A program made the position numbers and the translations under genes. This document shows, piece by piece, positions 11,974 to 25,123 of a stretch of 64,000 bases of DNA. The notes below the pieces were generated by a model that worked only from the letters and a program-made list of their open reading frames with translations, had not been told where the DNA came from and made no database searches. Source of the DNA: Neoechinorhynchus agilis (Eukaryota; Animalia; Acanthocephala); contig CM121341.1 of assembly GCA_051530055.1 (NCBI GenBank), positions 4,690,784 through 4,754,783 of the forward strand, written 5' to 3'. Position 1 is the first letter of the stretch. The number at the start of each line of letters is the position of its first letter.

Positions 11974-14900
11974 TTAGTCGTCGTCGTCGTCTAATATCTG
12001 GTTTAGCAGATAATCCTCGTCGGAGTCTTCTTCGCTGTCGCACTGGCTTTCCGCTGGATTTACATTCTGGTCACTTTCGGGATCGAATTCAATGTCAGAA
12101 TTATGTTGAAGCAATTCCTCCTGGTCGTCACGAAGGGGATATTCCAATTTGACGATTTTACTAAGATTGCCGTGAGTACTGGTGATTTGTTCAGGTTGCT
12201 TTCCACCGTGGCCTTCTAATCTCTGTTTAGCATTAGGAAACGGAGAATCGTCTTCTGTCATTTCTCTACTCTGATTGAACTGAAATTTTTCCTTTAGCAA
12301 TCGGGACTTGTCTTCATGCTCCTTATCATTTTGTCCAACTTTATCCCCGTGACACTTCTCGTCTTTGTTAAATCCAACATTTGGAATTCCGCCATCTAAA
12401 CGTGGTTGTTTCATAGGAGAGCAATATTCCGATTCGTTGTATGTTCGAGTCGAGTTCACGTTTCGATTGTCACTTAAATTCAATTTGCAACTTTGATGCT
12501 CGGCACCCCTATTTAAACTAGTCTGATTTGTATTAGATTGTTCTTTTATTTTTTCGGCCAAAGATTGATATGCGTCCGGCAATCTTTTTTTAGTTTCACG
12601 CGTATTCTTTGATTCGTCTTTCTTTTTTTCTACTCGTACGGCTAATGGATCATCGATATCGCTCGGATCGTAACTGCAAATTGTATTAACATATTTTTCA
12701 GTTTCCATATCTTCGTAAATGTACTTCAATTTCGCAGCTTTTTTAAGTTCTTGTTCCTTTTGCTGTTGTTGTTCATCTTGAAGATAATTGTTGTACGCAG
12801 GTCCATTGATCGGATTATAAGCTCCATCGCACCGTTGATACACCATGGATTGGGGATCGATTCTGTTCACTTGTTGCGCTTGGAAATCGCAAAATTGCCT
12901 GTTATTTTGAACATTGAGGTTGTTAACATTATGTGGTTGAAATTGGATTTGTTGTTGATGATGTAACTGCTGGTTGCTTTCGAACTGTAGATTTTGAATG
13001 TTCTCTGCCATTGATCTGTCTTGAGGCACAAACTGGGCGGCCTCTAGATTTCGTCCTACTACCCCATTTGTAATTGGGAACTGGTTACCATAGAACGCTG
13101 ATGGAGCACAGTTTGGATTGGGCTGTTGTATCTGCGTTTGGTATTGTTGCATTGGAGGCCCTTGGTCTTCAGCGACTGTTTGTTGATATTGAGGAACATT
13201 GTTTATTTGGTTAATCTGGTAGGGCGTCGCCGCACAAAATTGTGTTGCTCCACCATTTTGATTCCCAATGCCACTGTAGACTAATTTCTGGTTTCTTTGG
13301 AAATTCGAATTTAATTCAGGTGTACTGTTGACTGCTTGGTTGCTTTGAACTGCAGGTTGCTCCACTTGAAACTGATACATTTGTTGCCCTACGTTTAGAT
13401 TTTGGTGTTGAACATGGCTGTTCAAGTGATCGTTGTAAATTGGTACAACTGTTCGGTGTTCTTGATCCCTCTCGTACACCGAACTATCTTGTAGTGCAAT
13501 TTCGTTTATAGTCCCATCCTGGCTTTCGAGCGCAGCTATGCGTACCGCCTGGACGTCCGAATTTATACCATCGTGTTCGTTAGAAAAATCAGGTGATCGA
13601 TCTTCACGAAATCGGTTACCTTCCACTGCGACGTTTTGTTGATCGGTGACTGGAGCAAAATCTGCTCTTTTTGCAGGCGCGTTCATTGAATATCCTTGTT
13701 GTTCGATTGCAAATCCGTTATTTACGCTAATGTTCTGATTAAGTATTTCTTTTTGGTACTGCGGATTGGGACTCGCAGCCGCAAATCTTTGTTCCTCTGT
13801 GACTGGAACACCAGTTGCTTGTTTTTCGGGCAGTTCGCGTGGAACTTCATTGTTTACCCCAGTGTTCTGATTAGGTGCCGCTATTTGTTGATAGAAACCC
13901 GATGTTGCCATATTTTGTGGATCGGTGAATGGAGCACAAGCCGCTTGCTGGCCCTGCAAGTGCATTGAATATCCTTGCTGTTCGGGTGGATCTTCATTGT
14001 TTACCCCAGCGTTCTGATTTGGCGCCGCTATTTCGTGTTGTTGGTAGAAACCCGCCGTCGTCATGTTTTGTGGATCGGTGAATGGAGCACAAACCGCTTG
14101 CTGGCCCTGCAAGTGCACTGAATATCCTTGTTGTTCGCGTGGAACTCTATTGTTTACGTCAGCGTTCTGATTTGGCGCCGCTATTTCGTGTTGTTGATAG
14201 AAACCCGATGTTGCCATGTTTTGTTGATCGGTGAATGGAGCACAAGCCGCTTGCTGGCCCTGCAAGTGCATTGAATATCCTTGTTGTTCGCGTGGAACCT
14301 ATTGTTTACCCCAGTGTTCTGATTAGGTGCCGCTATTTGTTGATAGAAACCCGTCGTCGCCATGTTTTGTGGATCGGTGACGGGAGCACAAGCCGCTTGC
14401 TGGCCCTGCAAGTTTATTGAATATCCTTGCTGTTCGGGTGGAACTCTATTGCTTACTCCAGTGTTCTGATTTGGCGCCGCTATTTCTTGTTGTTGATAGA
14501 AACCCGATGTTGCCATATTTTGTGGATCGGTGAATGGAGCACAAGCCGCTTGCTGGCCCTGCAAGTGCATTGAATATCCTTGTTGTTCGCGTGGAACTCT
14601 ATTGTTTACGTCAGCGTTCTGATTTGGCGCCGCTATTTCGTGTTGTTGATAGAAACCCGATGTTGCCATGTTTTGTGGATCGGTGATAGGAGCACAAGCC
14701 GCTTGCTGATCCTGCAAGTGCATTGAATATCCTTGTTGTTCGCGTGGATCCTCATTGTTTACCCCAGTGTTCTGATTAGGTGCCGCTATTTGTTGATAGA
14801 AACCCGTCGTCGCCATGTTTTGTGGATCGGTGACGGGAGCACAAGCCGCTTGCTGGCCCTGCAAGTTTATTGAATATCCTTGCTGTTCGGGTGGATCTTC

Positions 14901-17900
14901 ATTGTTTACCCCAGCGTTCTGATTTGGCGCCGCTATTTCGTGTTGTTGGTAGAAACCCGCCGTCGTCATGTTTTGTGGATCGGTGAATGGAGCACAAGCC
15001 GCTTGCTGGCCCTGCAAGTGCACTGAATATCCTTGTTGTTCGTGTGGAACTCTATTGTTTACGTCAGCGTTCTGATTTGGCGCCGCTATTTCGTGTTGTT
15101 GATAGAAACCCGATGTTGCCATGTTTTGTGGATCGGTGATAGGAGCACAAGCCGCTTGCTGATCCTGCAAGTGCATTGAATATCCTTGTTGTTCGCGTGG
15201 ATCCTCATTGTTTACCCCAGTGTTCGGATGAGGTGCCGCAATTTCGTATTGTTGATAGAAACCCGCCGTCGCCATGTTTTGTGGCTCGGTGATTGGAGCA
15301 CAAGCCGCTTGCTGATCCTGCAAGTGCATTGAATATCCTTGCTGTTCGCTTGGATCTTCATTGTTTACCTCAGTGTTCTGATTTGGCGCCGCTATTTGTT
15401 GATAGAAACCCGATGTCGCCATATTTTGTTGATCGGTGAATGGAGCACAAGCCGCTTGCTGGCCCTGGGAGTTTATTGAATATCCTTGTTGTTCGCGTAG
15501 AACTTCATTGTTTACCCCAGTGTTCTGATTAGGTGCCGCTATTTGTTGTTGATAGAAACCCGCCGTCGCCATGTTTTGTGGATCGGTGACTGGAGCACAA
15601 GCCGCTTGCTGGCCCTGCAAGTTTATTGAATGTCCTTGTTGTTCACGTAGACCGTCATTGTTTATCCCGGTGTTCGTATTGGGTGCCGCTATTTCGTATT
15701 GTTGATAGAAACCCGCCGTCGCCATGTTTTGTGGATCGGTGACTGGAGTACAAGCCGCTTGCTGGCCCTGCAAGTTTATTGAATGTCCTTGTTGTTCACG
15801 TAGACCGTCATTGTTTATCCCGGTGTTCGTATTGGGTGCCGCTATTTCGTATTGTTGATAGAAACCCGCCGTCGCCATGTTTTGTGGATCGGTGACTGGA
15901 GCACAAGCCGCTTGCTGGCCCTGCAAGTGCATTGAATATCCTTGCTGTTCAGGTGGATCTTCATTGTTTACCCCAGCGTTCTGATTTGGCGCCGCTATTT
16001 CGTGTTGTTGGTAGAAACCCGCCGTCGTCATGTTTTGTGGATCGGTGAATGGAGCACAAGCCGCTTGCTGGCCCTGCAAGTGCATTGAATATCCTTGCTG
16101 TTCAGGTGGATCTTCATTGTTTACCCCAGCGTTCTGATTTGGCGCCGCTATTTCGTGTTGTTGGTAGAAACCCGCCGTCGTCATGTTTTGTTGATCGGTG
16201 AACTGAGCACAAGCCGCTTGCTGGCCCTGCAAATGCACTGAATATCCTTGTTGTTCGCGTTGAACTCTATTGTTTACGTCAGCGTTCTGATTTGGCGCCG
16301 CTATTTCGTGTTGTTGATAGAAACCCGATGTTGCCATGTTTTGTGGATCGGTGATAGGAGCACAAGCCGCTTGCTGGCCCTGCAAGTTTATTGAATATCC
16401 TTGCTGTTCGGGTGGAACTCTATTGCTTACTCCAGTGTTCTGATTTGGCGCCGCTATTTCTTGTTGTTGATAGAAACCCGATGTTGCCATATTTTGTGGA
16501 TCGGTGAATGGAGCACAAGCCGCTTGCTGGCCCTGCAAGTGCATTGAATATCCTTGCTGTTCGGGTGGATCTTCATTGTTTACCCCAGCGTTCTGATTTG
16601 GCGCCGCTATTTCGTGTTGTTGGTAGAAACCCGCCTTCGTCATGTTTTGTGGATCGGTGAATGGAGCACAAGCCGCTTGCTGGCCCTGCAAGTGCACTGA
16701 ATATCCTTGTTGTTCACGTAGAACGTCATTGTTTATCCCAGTGTTCTGATTAGGTGTCGCTACTTGTTGATAGAAACCCGCCGTCGTCATGTTTTGTGGA
16801 TCGGTGAATGGAGCACAAGCCGCTTGCTGGCCCTGCAAGTTTATTGAATATCCTTGTTGTTCACGTAGAACGTCATTGTTTATCCCAGTGTTCTGATTAG
16901 GTGTCGCTACTTGTTGATAGAAACCCGCCGTCGCCATGTTTTGTGGATCGGTGACTGGAGCACCAGCCGCTTGCTGGCCCTGCAAGTTTATTGAATGTCC
17001 TTGTTGTTCACGTAGACCGTCATTGTTTATCCCAGTGTTCTGATTAGGTGTCGCTACTTGTTGATAGAAACCCGCCGTCGCCATGTTTTGTGGATCGGTG
17101 ACTGGAGCACCAGCCGCTTGCTGGCCCTGCAAGTTTATTGAATGTCCTTGTTGTTCACGTAGAACGTCATTGTTTATCCCAGTGTTCTGATTAGGTGTCG
17201 CTACTTGTTGATAGAAACCCGCCGTCGCCATGTTTTGTGGATCGGTGACTGGAGCACCAGCCGCTTGCTGGCCCTGCAAGTTTATTGAATATCCTTGTTG
17301 TTCACGTAGAACTTCATTGTTTACCCCAGTGTTCGGATTGGGTGCCGCTGTTTCGATTGTTGATAGAAACCCGCCGTCGCCATGTTTTGTGGATCGGTGA
17401 CTGGAGCAGAAGCCGCTTGCTGGCCCTGCAAGTTTATTGAATGTCCTTGTTGTTCACGTAGACCGTCATTGTTTACCCCAGTATTCTGATTAGGTGTCGC
17501 TACTTGTTTATAGAAACCCGCCGTCGAAATGTTTTGTGGATCGGTGACTGGAGCACAAGCCGCTTGCTGGCCCTGCAAGTTTATTGAATATCCTTGTTGT
17601 TCGCGTGGAACTCTATTGTTTACGTCCGGGTTCGAATTGGGTGCCACTACTTGGTGTTGTTGATGGAAACCCGCTGCCGCCATGTTTTGTTGATCGGTGA
17701 ATGGAGCACAATCCGCTTGCTGGCCCTGCAAGTTTATTGAATATCCTTGTTGTTCGCGCGGAACTCTATTGTTTACATCAGCGTTCTGATTAGGTGCCGC
17801 TATTTGGTGTTGAGGATAGTAATCCGCGGTTGCTATGTTTTGTTGATCGGTGAATAGAGCACAAGCCGCTTGCTGGCCCTGCAAATTCATTGAATATCCT

Positions 17901-19571
17901 CGTTGTTCGTGTGAAACTCTATTGTTTACGTCAGCGTTCTGATTCGGTGCCACTACTTGGTGTTGTTGATGGAAACACGCTGCCGCCATGTTTTGTTGAT
18001 CGGTGAATGGAGCACAATCCGCTTGCTGGCCCTGCAAGTTTATTGAATATCCTTGTTGTTCGCGCGGAACTCTATTGTTTACGTCAGCGTTCTGATTAGG
18101 TGCCGCTATTTGGTGTTGAGGATAGTAACCCGCGGTTGCTATGTTTTGTTGATCGGTGAATAGAGCACAAGCCGCTTGCTGGCCCTGCAAGTTCATTGAA
18201 TATCCTTGTTGTTCGCGTGAAACTCTATTGTTTACGTCAGCGTTCTGATTAGGTGCCACTATTTGGTGTTGTTGATGGAAACCCGCTGCCGCCATGTTTT
18301 GTTGATCGGTGAATGGAGCACAAGCCGCTTGCTGGCCCTGCAAGTGCATTGAATATCCTTGTTTTTCGCGTAGAGCTCTGTTGTTTACGTCAGCGCTCTG
18401 ATTAGGTGCCGCTACTTGGTGTTGTTGATGGAAACCCGCTGCCGCCATGTTTTGTTGATCGGTTAATGGAGCACAAGCCGCTTGCTGGCCATGCAAGTGC
18501 ATTGAATATCCTTGTTGTTCGCGTGAAAAAAAAATCCTTGTTTTCCGACTCTTTGTTTACTCACAACCCATTGGTGTTGTTGATGGAAACCCGCTCCTAA
18601 TGAGCACAAGCCGCTTGCTGGCCATGCAAGTGCATTGAATATCCTTGTTGTTCGCGTGAAAATCTATTGTTTACTTCGGCGTTCTGATTAGGAGCCACTA
18701 TTTGGTGTTGAGGATAGTAGCCCGCGGTTGCCATGTTTTGTCGATCGGTACCACTAATCATTCGAACAGGATTTGCCATCAATGTAGGATGTATGTTTTG
18801 GCCACTATTTCCAAAATTTAATCGTTCTGTTGGCGGTTGTTGTTCTTGCTGCCATTGTTGCTGATATTGAGCAGGCTGTTGTTGGTTGTTCATCTGAGTT
18901 CCGTAGTTATGCACTCCCGATGGTTCTTGGGCATTTTGCAATGTTCCAATATTTTGGAGAGCTGGGTTATGGTAAATGTTTTGCGGATTGCCACTTCCTT
19001 GAATAAAATTCTGAGCTGTCATCATGGGATTTGGCTGTTGCATTTGCTGCGTGCCGTAAAAGTGACCCGTATTGCCGGCCAATTGTTGGAGATTTTGGTT
19101 TTGGAAGGCATTTGCATTGCTTACCGGACCGAAATTTTGTTGGAAATGCCCTTGCACATTCGGGTTGTAGAAATTTCCTTGAGCATACGGTGCCATAACA
19201 GCGGCTCCATTTCCACCAGCCGCAACAGCATATGGTACGGCGCCATCGTAGGTAAGATTTTGAGCTTGAACTTCGTCCCTTTTCCTTAAACGACCATCCT
19301 TGTAGCTTCTATTGACAGCCCAGTGCATTCCTTTAGGACCCTGAGATACTCTCACATGTATAAACTTCCTGCTCACAGATAATGTATGGCGAACTGAGTT
19401 TTTCCAACTTTTTACTTCCTCTTCGTCAGTTATTGCGGCAAAATATGGATAATTCTGTTTAAAATAATCGTAGATCTTTTTCAGTGGCAGTGTGCGATTG
19501 GGAGCGTTGTTGATCGCCATCTTCGCTATTTCAGAGATGCTTATGTCTCCCCACGCATTTGGTCTCGGCAT
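11974..19571 (-). CDS. FOXO-like: Divergent FoxO-type forkhead protein, copy A, with about 33 Q/N-rich repeats; three frame breaks (pseudogene or assembly errors)
   Basis: RPNAWGDISISEIAKMAI...YPYF...WKNSVRHTLS..RKFIHV...HW aligns with FoxO RRNAWGNLSY...VPYF...WKNSIRHNLS..SKFIRV, including the FoxO-type H2-H3 insert. ORFs 18597-19571, 17321-18502, 14181-17279 and 11974-14271 are colinear with intact copy B. Confidence 0.85.
13700..18740 (-). repeat. Coding tandem repeat (150/153-bp unit, 50-51 aa) in copy A
   Basis: Approximate consensus REQQGYSMHLQGQQAACAPFTDPQNMATAGFYQQHEIAAPNQNADVNNRVP. Confidence 0.97.
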
Positions 19572-19790
19572 ATTGTTTTCAACAATTTGAAGCTTTCAAC
19601 AGTTTCAAAGATATTAAAATAGATTTGAACCGTTTGTGAGACTTTCGATAGGTTGACAATGTGCTCATCTTAGGTCGTTTTGACTTATCTATTCAGGTGA
19701 TGTAGCAAACAGTTTATGGATAAGTTATTTACCATTCAAACCCCAAATTTGTCAATAACTCTGCGCTTTCGGTCCCAATAAACTGGAGGT
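19572..19790 (-). promoter_or_regulatory. Conserved upstream block of copy A (homologous to 41722-41930)
   Basis: ATTCAGGTGATGTAGCAAACAGTTT is identical in both copies. It contains E-box CAGGTG and forkhead-type GCAAACA, with TATTTAC just downstream on the + strand. Confidence 0.5.
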
Positions 19791-20030
19791 AATGTATTGA
19801 AGAAACGAAGACAATTTAAAACTCATTGTTTATGTCCGGTATTATTGCTACCGATCGATAATAAACGAAGTGCCATACGATGCTCACAGTCGCACGTTCC
19901 TCGTAGAGTTCCATTGTCACAAGTTCTTGAGATTTCAAAGCCGAAATTTAAGGTGTTCCTCATCGATCGATAATGCGATAAAAATAGTCTTACATGTCAG
20001 AGCGATCATCGAAGTCATGCGGGGAATTTG

Positions 20031-21986
20031 TTACACTCAATAAGCCATCATCACGTATTTTGGAATTCGGATTATAAGGTCCAGAAGCTTGGATTGAGGA
20101 TTGTTGTGCAGAGTTTTCCTATCTATAGTTTATGTCGTCTTTTATTTAAATTTACAATTATGCATCTTAGTCTCTATACTTAAAGTAAACATACTTTCTC
20201 GATTGTTTCTTTAATTTACGTTTCAATCACTAAAATTAAGAAGAGTCTAGGTTAGAATTGTTTTTAGAAAGTAGATCACATTCAAAAGATTTGGTATGGT
20301 TAATTTGAGTAATAAGAAAAATATAGATGCATTGGATGGGGACGGATCCGTAAACCAGTTAAACACGAATATTCTAATATAGAATTCGGTATTTGGCGTT
20401 CATATTCGGTGTACTGATCCACAAGGCGACTCGGAAATAAATCGGTGACTTATCGCTAATGAGTTGTAATGATGCCTAAACAACGACAAGAATGGAATTA
20501 CTTTGCTAATAGCAAAAACTTTCAAACACACAATAAATTTGATTCCACAAATGTTATTAATAAATCGTTTTATTTCAGGGAATATACAAGCCACCGAACC
20601 ATGCACATCAGGTATCTATTGAAACTTGTAAGTTTTGGGTGTTCCATCTTTGCAGCTACAAAACGTTAGCTGTTGATTGTCGTTTTCCGCTCTCTAGCTT
20701 TTGTATTAGTTGAGTTGGCTTTGGTCGGTTAATTTATAGTTGTTTTCCGCTCTTTCCTCTGAATCATTTCGCATTTGGCCGATTAAGCGCTGGAGACGAA
20801 GGTAGAGATTTTTGCGAGGAATTGAAGGATGGAAAGTGTTGGGACGATGAGTGTTATAAGTGTAAGTAAAAGGATAAATGTGTGGTAGAAATTGAAGAGG
20901 CGGAAGAGAATGAAGGTGTTTTGAGTGCTTTTGAGATTTGAGAGAGGTGTTCTTCTACGAGTTTGGGGGAGCAGATTAGAGTGAACCTCCATTGTGAAAT
21001 GTATTAAGTATTTTGGAAAAAGGTTAGAAGGAAAATTGCAGAAGGTTAGAAGAGCGTAGGTGAGCGTTGGTAGGATCACACGGACATATAAAAGTACTTA
21101 AGGTCTTTGGATGATAATCCGAGGAGTCGGAGGCGTTTAAGAAGATAGAGCTTAATGGATCCCTTGTGCAACAAAATTGATATGTGCTTCTTCTATAGAT
21201 TTTTCTGAAAATAAAGACCAAGTATACGAACAGAGGAGACACGATTGATAGGAAAAGGAAAAAGTGGCTGATCGGAAGGACTATTTGAGATTCAGGGGAC
21301 GATTTCAAAGCACTTCGTTAAGTTAAGGGTAAAACATTTAGGGGAGCAAAATTCTTGAACGTGAGAAATCTCGTTAGGAGTAATTGAGAGTGAGACGGAG
21401 GATACCGGTACATCCGTAATGATTATAAGATCACCCGCATACAAGACGTATTTAGAATAAAAAGAGAATGAAATAAGATCGGTTAGGAAAATGTTGAAAG
21501 GAATGGGGAAGAGAACAGTCCGTTCGAGAACTCCTTTGTTGATTGCTAAGGTATTCGAGACGATGCTGCCTATTTTGGTAAATTGTAATCGATTGTTTAG
21601 AAAGGAATTAAACCATTTGATTTGTCAGGCGACAAAAATAAATTTAGAGCATGTATCAAGGAGAAGATTTTGATCGACGGAATCAAAAGCTTTATGAATG
21701 TCAATTTGGATGAGTCGAGAGATAAATAAAGGTTTTGCGTCGAGATAATGAAGAACGCGTCGGTACAGAAGCCGGGCCGGTAACCGAATTGAATGGATGA
21801 AATTTTTCGATTGAAGATTGGCAGAAGGTGTGCTTTAAAGCATCTCTCTAAGATTTTAGAGAAGGAATCTAAGTTAGAGATGGGTCGAAAACTTGAGGTG
21901 GATATAAGTTCACCTGCTTTCGGGAGCAGAGTTACCCGATCTCTTTTTGGGCAATTATGGAAGATTCCGGTCTTGAAACTTTGGTT
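20031..21986. repeat. Segmental duplication, copy 1 (copy 2 = 42025-43957)
   Basis: Near-identical by eye: about six substitutions and one 23-bp indel near 20583-20606. Confidence 0.95.
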
Positions 21987-22140
21987 GATTATATGAGTAA
22001 GTTGATCAATTAAATCTGGGATGATAAAGAGTAGAGCCCAGTTGGGAATGGGAGAGTTAAGGGATGATTTGCCTGGTAGTTTCCGAAGAAGCATGAGAAT
22101 ATCATACGTAGAAATCATTAGAGGTGAAGCTATAGAAGCT
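20700..22140 (-). mobile_element. Degenerate LINE (CR1/L2-like) ORF2 RT region
   Basis: LTHIINQSFKTGIF...LLPK...FRPISNL...SKILE...QFGYRPG, then GVLERTVLFPIPFNIFLTDL...LYAGD, corresponding to GVPQGSxLGP and YADD. Confidence 0.85.
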
Positions 22141-23340
22141 CAGAGCGGTGTAGTTCTGAAAGGGGATGATGGTTTGTTTGTGTTCGAGTGAGAGTCACAA
22201 AGTTAAGCCCATGGATGAAGAACCGGCTATTACTATCCTGCGTTCAGTTGCAACCACCGGCTTGGGAGGTATAGTATATCGATTTTCATACAGTGTGCCG
22301 TTGGACGTTGTATGGTTGCAGCTCAATATCACTGACTACTTAGAAGCGTTGGCCATTGACAGATTCACTTGGGAGGAAGGCGGAGGTGAACATAACCATA
22401 TCTTCAATGTTGTTAGGGGCAGGTCAGCCCGGCAAGTGGAAGTGGGGATTGTTCATTACACGTCAGTCCTACCAAAATACTGGTTGATTCTCCATCTTCT
22501 CAATCATCAATTGAGTATCATTCAGATGGGTTTTTGTGTTCCTAATCGTGATGATCATCATGGTGAACGATATCTGTGCTGTTGGCAGCACAGTGGGCGT
22601 TGGAGCTGTATCTGTGCTGGCCGGACATTCTCTGGCTTCGAGATGCTCAAGTCACTTGTGTTAATTATCGCACTGTTGATACATGGTGCACTCTGAGTCG
22701 ATATATCGGTGATCCGGCCACATCGAGCCGATGTGAATTGAAGGAATACTATGATAGAGTCTCATTGGGCGTCTATTATCTTCAAACGATGGGATAGATT
22801 GCCGCGATATTAGTGTGAAGAACTTTCTAGCTAACGTTGCTTAGTCGTTGATCCATTTCCTTAGCACCAACGGCTTCTACATCATAAATAATGAAGAGGT
22901 TGTGGCAATATGCGAGTTATCCTAATGGGAGAGCGTATAATGTCCTCATTTGTGGGTATTCTGCTTCTGCGCTCATATCCTCGGGACTATGATTGCCTCA
23001 CAATGAATCGGATGATCGCTCCCAATCTCGGAATGGAGGAAGGTACGAAAATATAGAGAATTAGCTAGGGCCCACCCCTTGGCAGTAGAGGCGTATGGAG
23101 CGCTTGGCAGCTCGGCACTCTGCTCCAGTAACTCTCGAATAAATTGAGAGAAACGACCGGCGACGCACGAGCAGGTGTATTCCTGCGACAAAATATCTCG
23201 ATCGCAGTACAACGAGGCATGCTGCTAACGTGATAGCGACAGCCGAGGAATGAGAGAAGCCCCAATTCGGCGGACGTTGGTGATTGCACGTTTTGTGAAA
23301 AAAATAATTTGATTTGAAAAAAGTTTCTCTAAACAATTGG
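22141..23340. other. Higher-GC unassigned segment, possibly the decayed 5' part of the LINE or another element
   Basis: Adjoins the RT remnant and differs in composition from the AT-rich spacers. No motif recognised. Confidence 0.25.
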
Positions 23341-23953
23341 AGGCCACCCGGCAGCGTACCTAGGTTAGAGCCACGTTTTGTAATGCTCTAGCAGACAATA
23401 GAGTTCATTTCGAAGATCACGATCAATAGAACCGGTTTTTTACGTTGAAGTTTCGGTTTGTAGCTTGTCCGAATGTTTATTGATCCTAGATTGCCAAAAG
23501 GTTATTATCCGGGCTCTATCACAGTACTCCAGGCTCCGATTCCCCATCGCAGAATGTTTCGTGATCCCATGACCTGAAGTTAGTGAGATTTGCCCCATTT
23601 TTTGTATTTCAATAGAGAGGCTTTTATTATCTCACATTCATGGAAATGGTAACAGTTGCTATTTTTCGAGTTTACGTTAACTTTTTTTTGCATTTTAAAG
23701 TTATAGGCATCCTTAAAAATTTTAGCTGAAAAACTGTCATTGTACATAGTAGTCGAATATTTTGTTTTAATGAAACAGTTATTCCTCTTGTGGTGAGTCA
23801 TTTCAAGTTAATTGTTAAACCAAACTCATCATCAACTTGTTGATATTTAAGGCATGTGCTGGCATTTGGAAAACTGCGACAAATTAGAAAAATAATCAAT
23901 CTGATTGCCTTGTGTAGTCATGGCGACAACTAATCCTCATTTAAAAATTTCTA

Positions 23954-24502
23954 ATGTCTCGTGAAATGAAAATGTACGATAAAAAATCGATTGAAACAAA
24001 ATATTTACACGATTACCCGGAATATCGTGAAAGCGTCATCGAATTGCTTAAGAACCAATGGCCAAAGGAGAATCATCGGCTAACCGTCTGCTTGACCAAA
24101 GATAGTCTTTCTTGGCCCCAAGGTTTGGTGGTTGTCGATCTTCATAAAAACGATGTAAGAGCGTATTGTCAAGCGGATCTCGATACGATCGAGTACGCAG
24201 GTTGTTCGAGCCGATCTGCTTTCGTTGAATACTTATGTGTCAGACCAGGTTTTAGGGAAAAGGGTCTTGGTACTTCATTATTGCTCCAAATGGAGTCGTT
24301 ATTCGTGAATGAAATGGTTGAATGTGTGTTTCTAATAACTGACGAAGCAGAATTGTTTTACACGAAGCTCGGATATCAGCGATGTAACCAAGACCCTGTT
24401 TTCAAGTCTAATGAAGCCTTGTCCAGACGTGTAAATGCAGCTCTTTTGCTTGATAGCGAATCAACGATTAAAATGAGGACTTTTATGTACAAGAAGCTTT
24501 GA
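23954..24502 (+). CDS. NAA80: GNAT acetyltransferase, NAA80/NAT6-like
   Basis: H..PE...LLKNQWP...R...L...WP at the N-terminus, acetyl-CoA motif A VRPGFREKGLG, and FLITDEAELFYTKLGY, as in actin N-acetyltransferase NAA80. Confidence 0.75.
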   Translation: MSREMKMYDKKSIETKYLHDYPEYRESVIELLKNQWPKENHRLTVCLTKDSLSWPQGLVVVDLHKNDVRAYCQADLDTIEYAGCSSRSAFVEYLCVRPGFREKGLGTSLLLQMESLFVNEMVECVFLITDEAELFYTKLGYQRCNQDPVFKSNEALSRRVNAALLLDSESTIKMRTFMYKKL

Positions 24503-25123
24503 AATTTTAACTAAATAAATTGTCAAGTAGAGATTGTTGGTTCCATTAGGGTCATGAACACTGTGAAATTACATTCATGGCTGGCCAAAGGAAAATATCG
24601 CTTCATGGTCGTAAAAAACGTTGGAACTGTTATATATTTAGTGAGTTGTACATGCTACTTCTAAGTTAAAATTTAGGATAGTATTGATTTGGTTTTTTAT
24701 AACCGTCTCCTATGTTTTTGGCTATATTTGTGCTTTTTAAACTACAGCCGAAAAGGCGCTGATGGAGAATTATATGGTTTCCACGACAATTTCCAACTTA
24801 AAGAATTGAACTATTAATTAGGATGATCTATGCATTTCATATCTTATTGTTTCTATTTAAAATAAAGTTTATGTATTTCGTAAACAAGGTGACGACGATT
24901 GACGGTCTAAAATGAGGTTTCTTCACCTGAACTTTATGTCGTTTCAAAAAATCAGCGCATTATTCGGTAGAGCAAATGACCCCTGAAAAAGGCAAATGGA
25001 TATTGTCATTCAAATGGTTTCATAAAATGCATTTATGTCTATGACACACTCAGCAAATATAAATTCTTAATAATAATTTATTATTTTAACAACTTTCAGC
25101 ATTCAATGTTATGCTTCTTGCCG

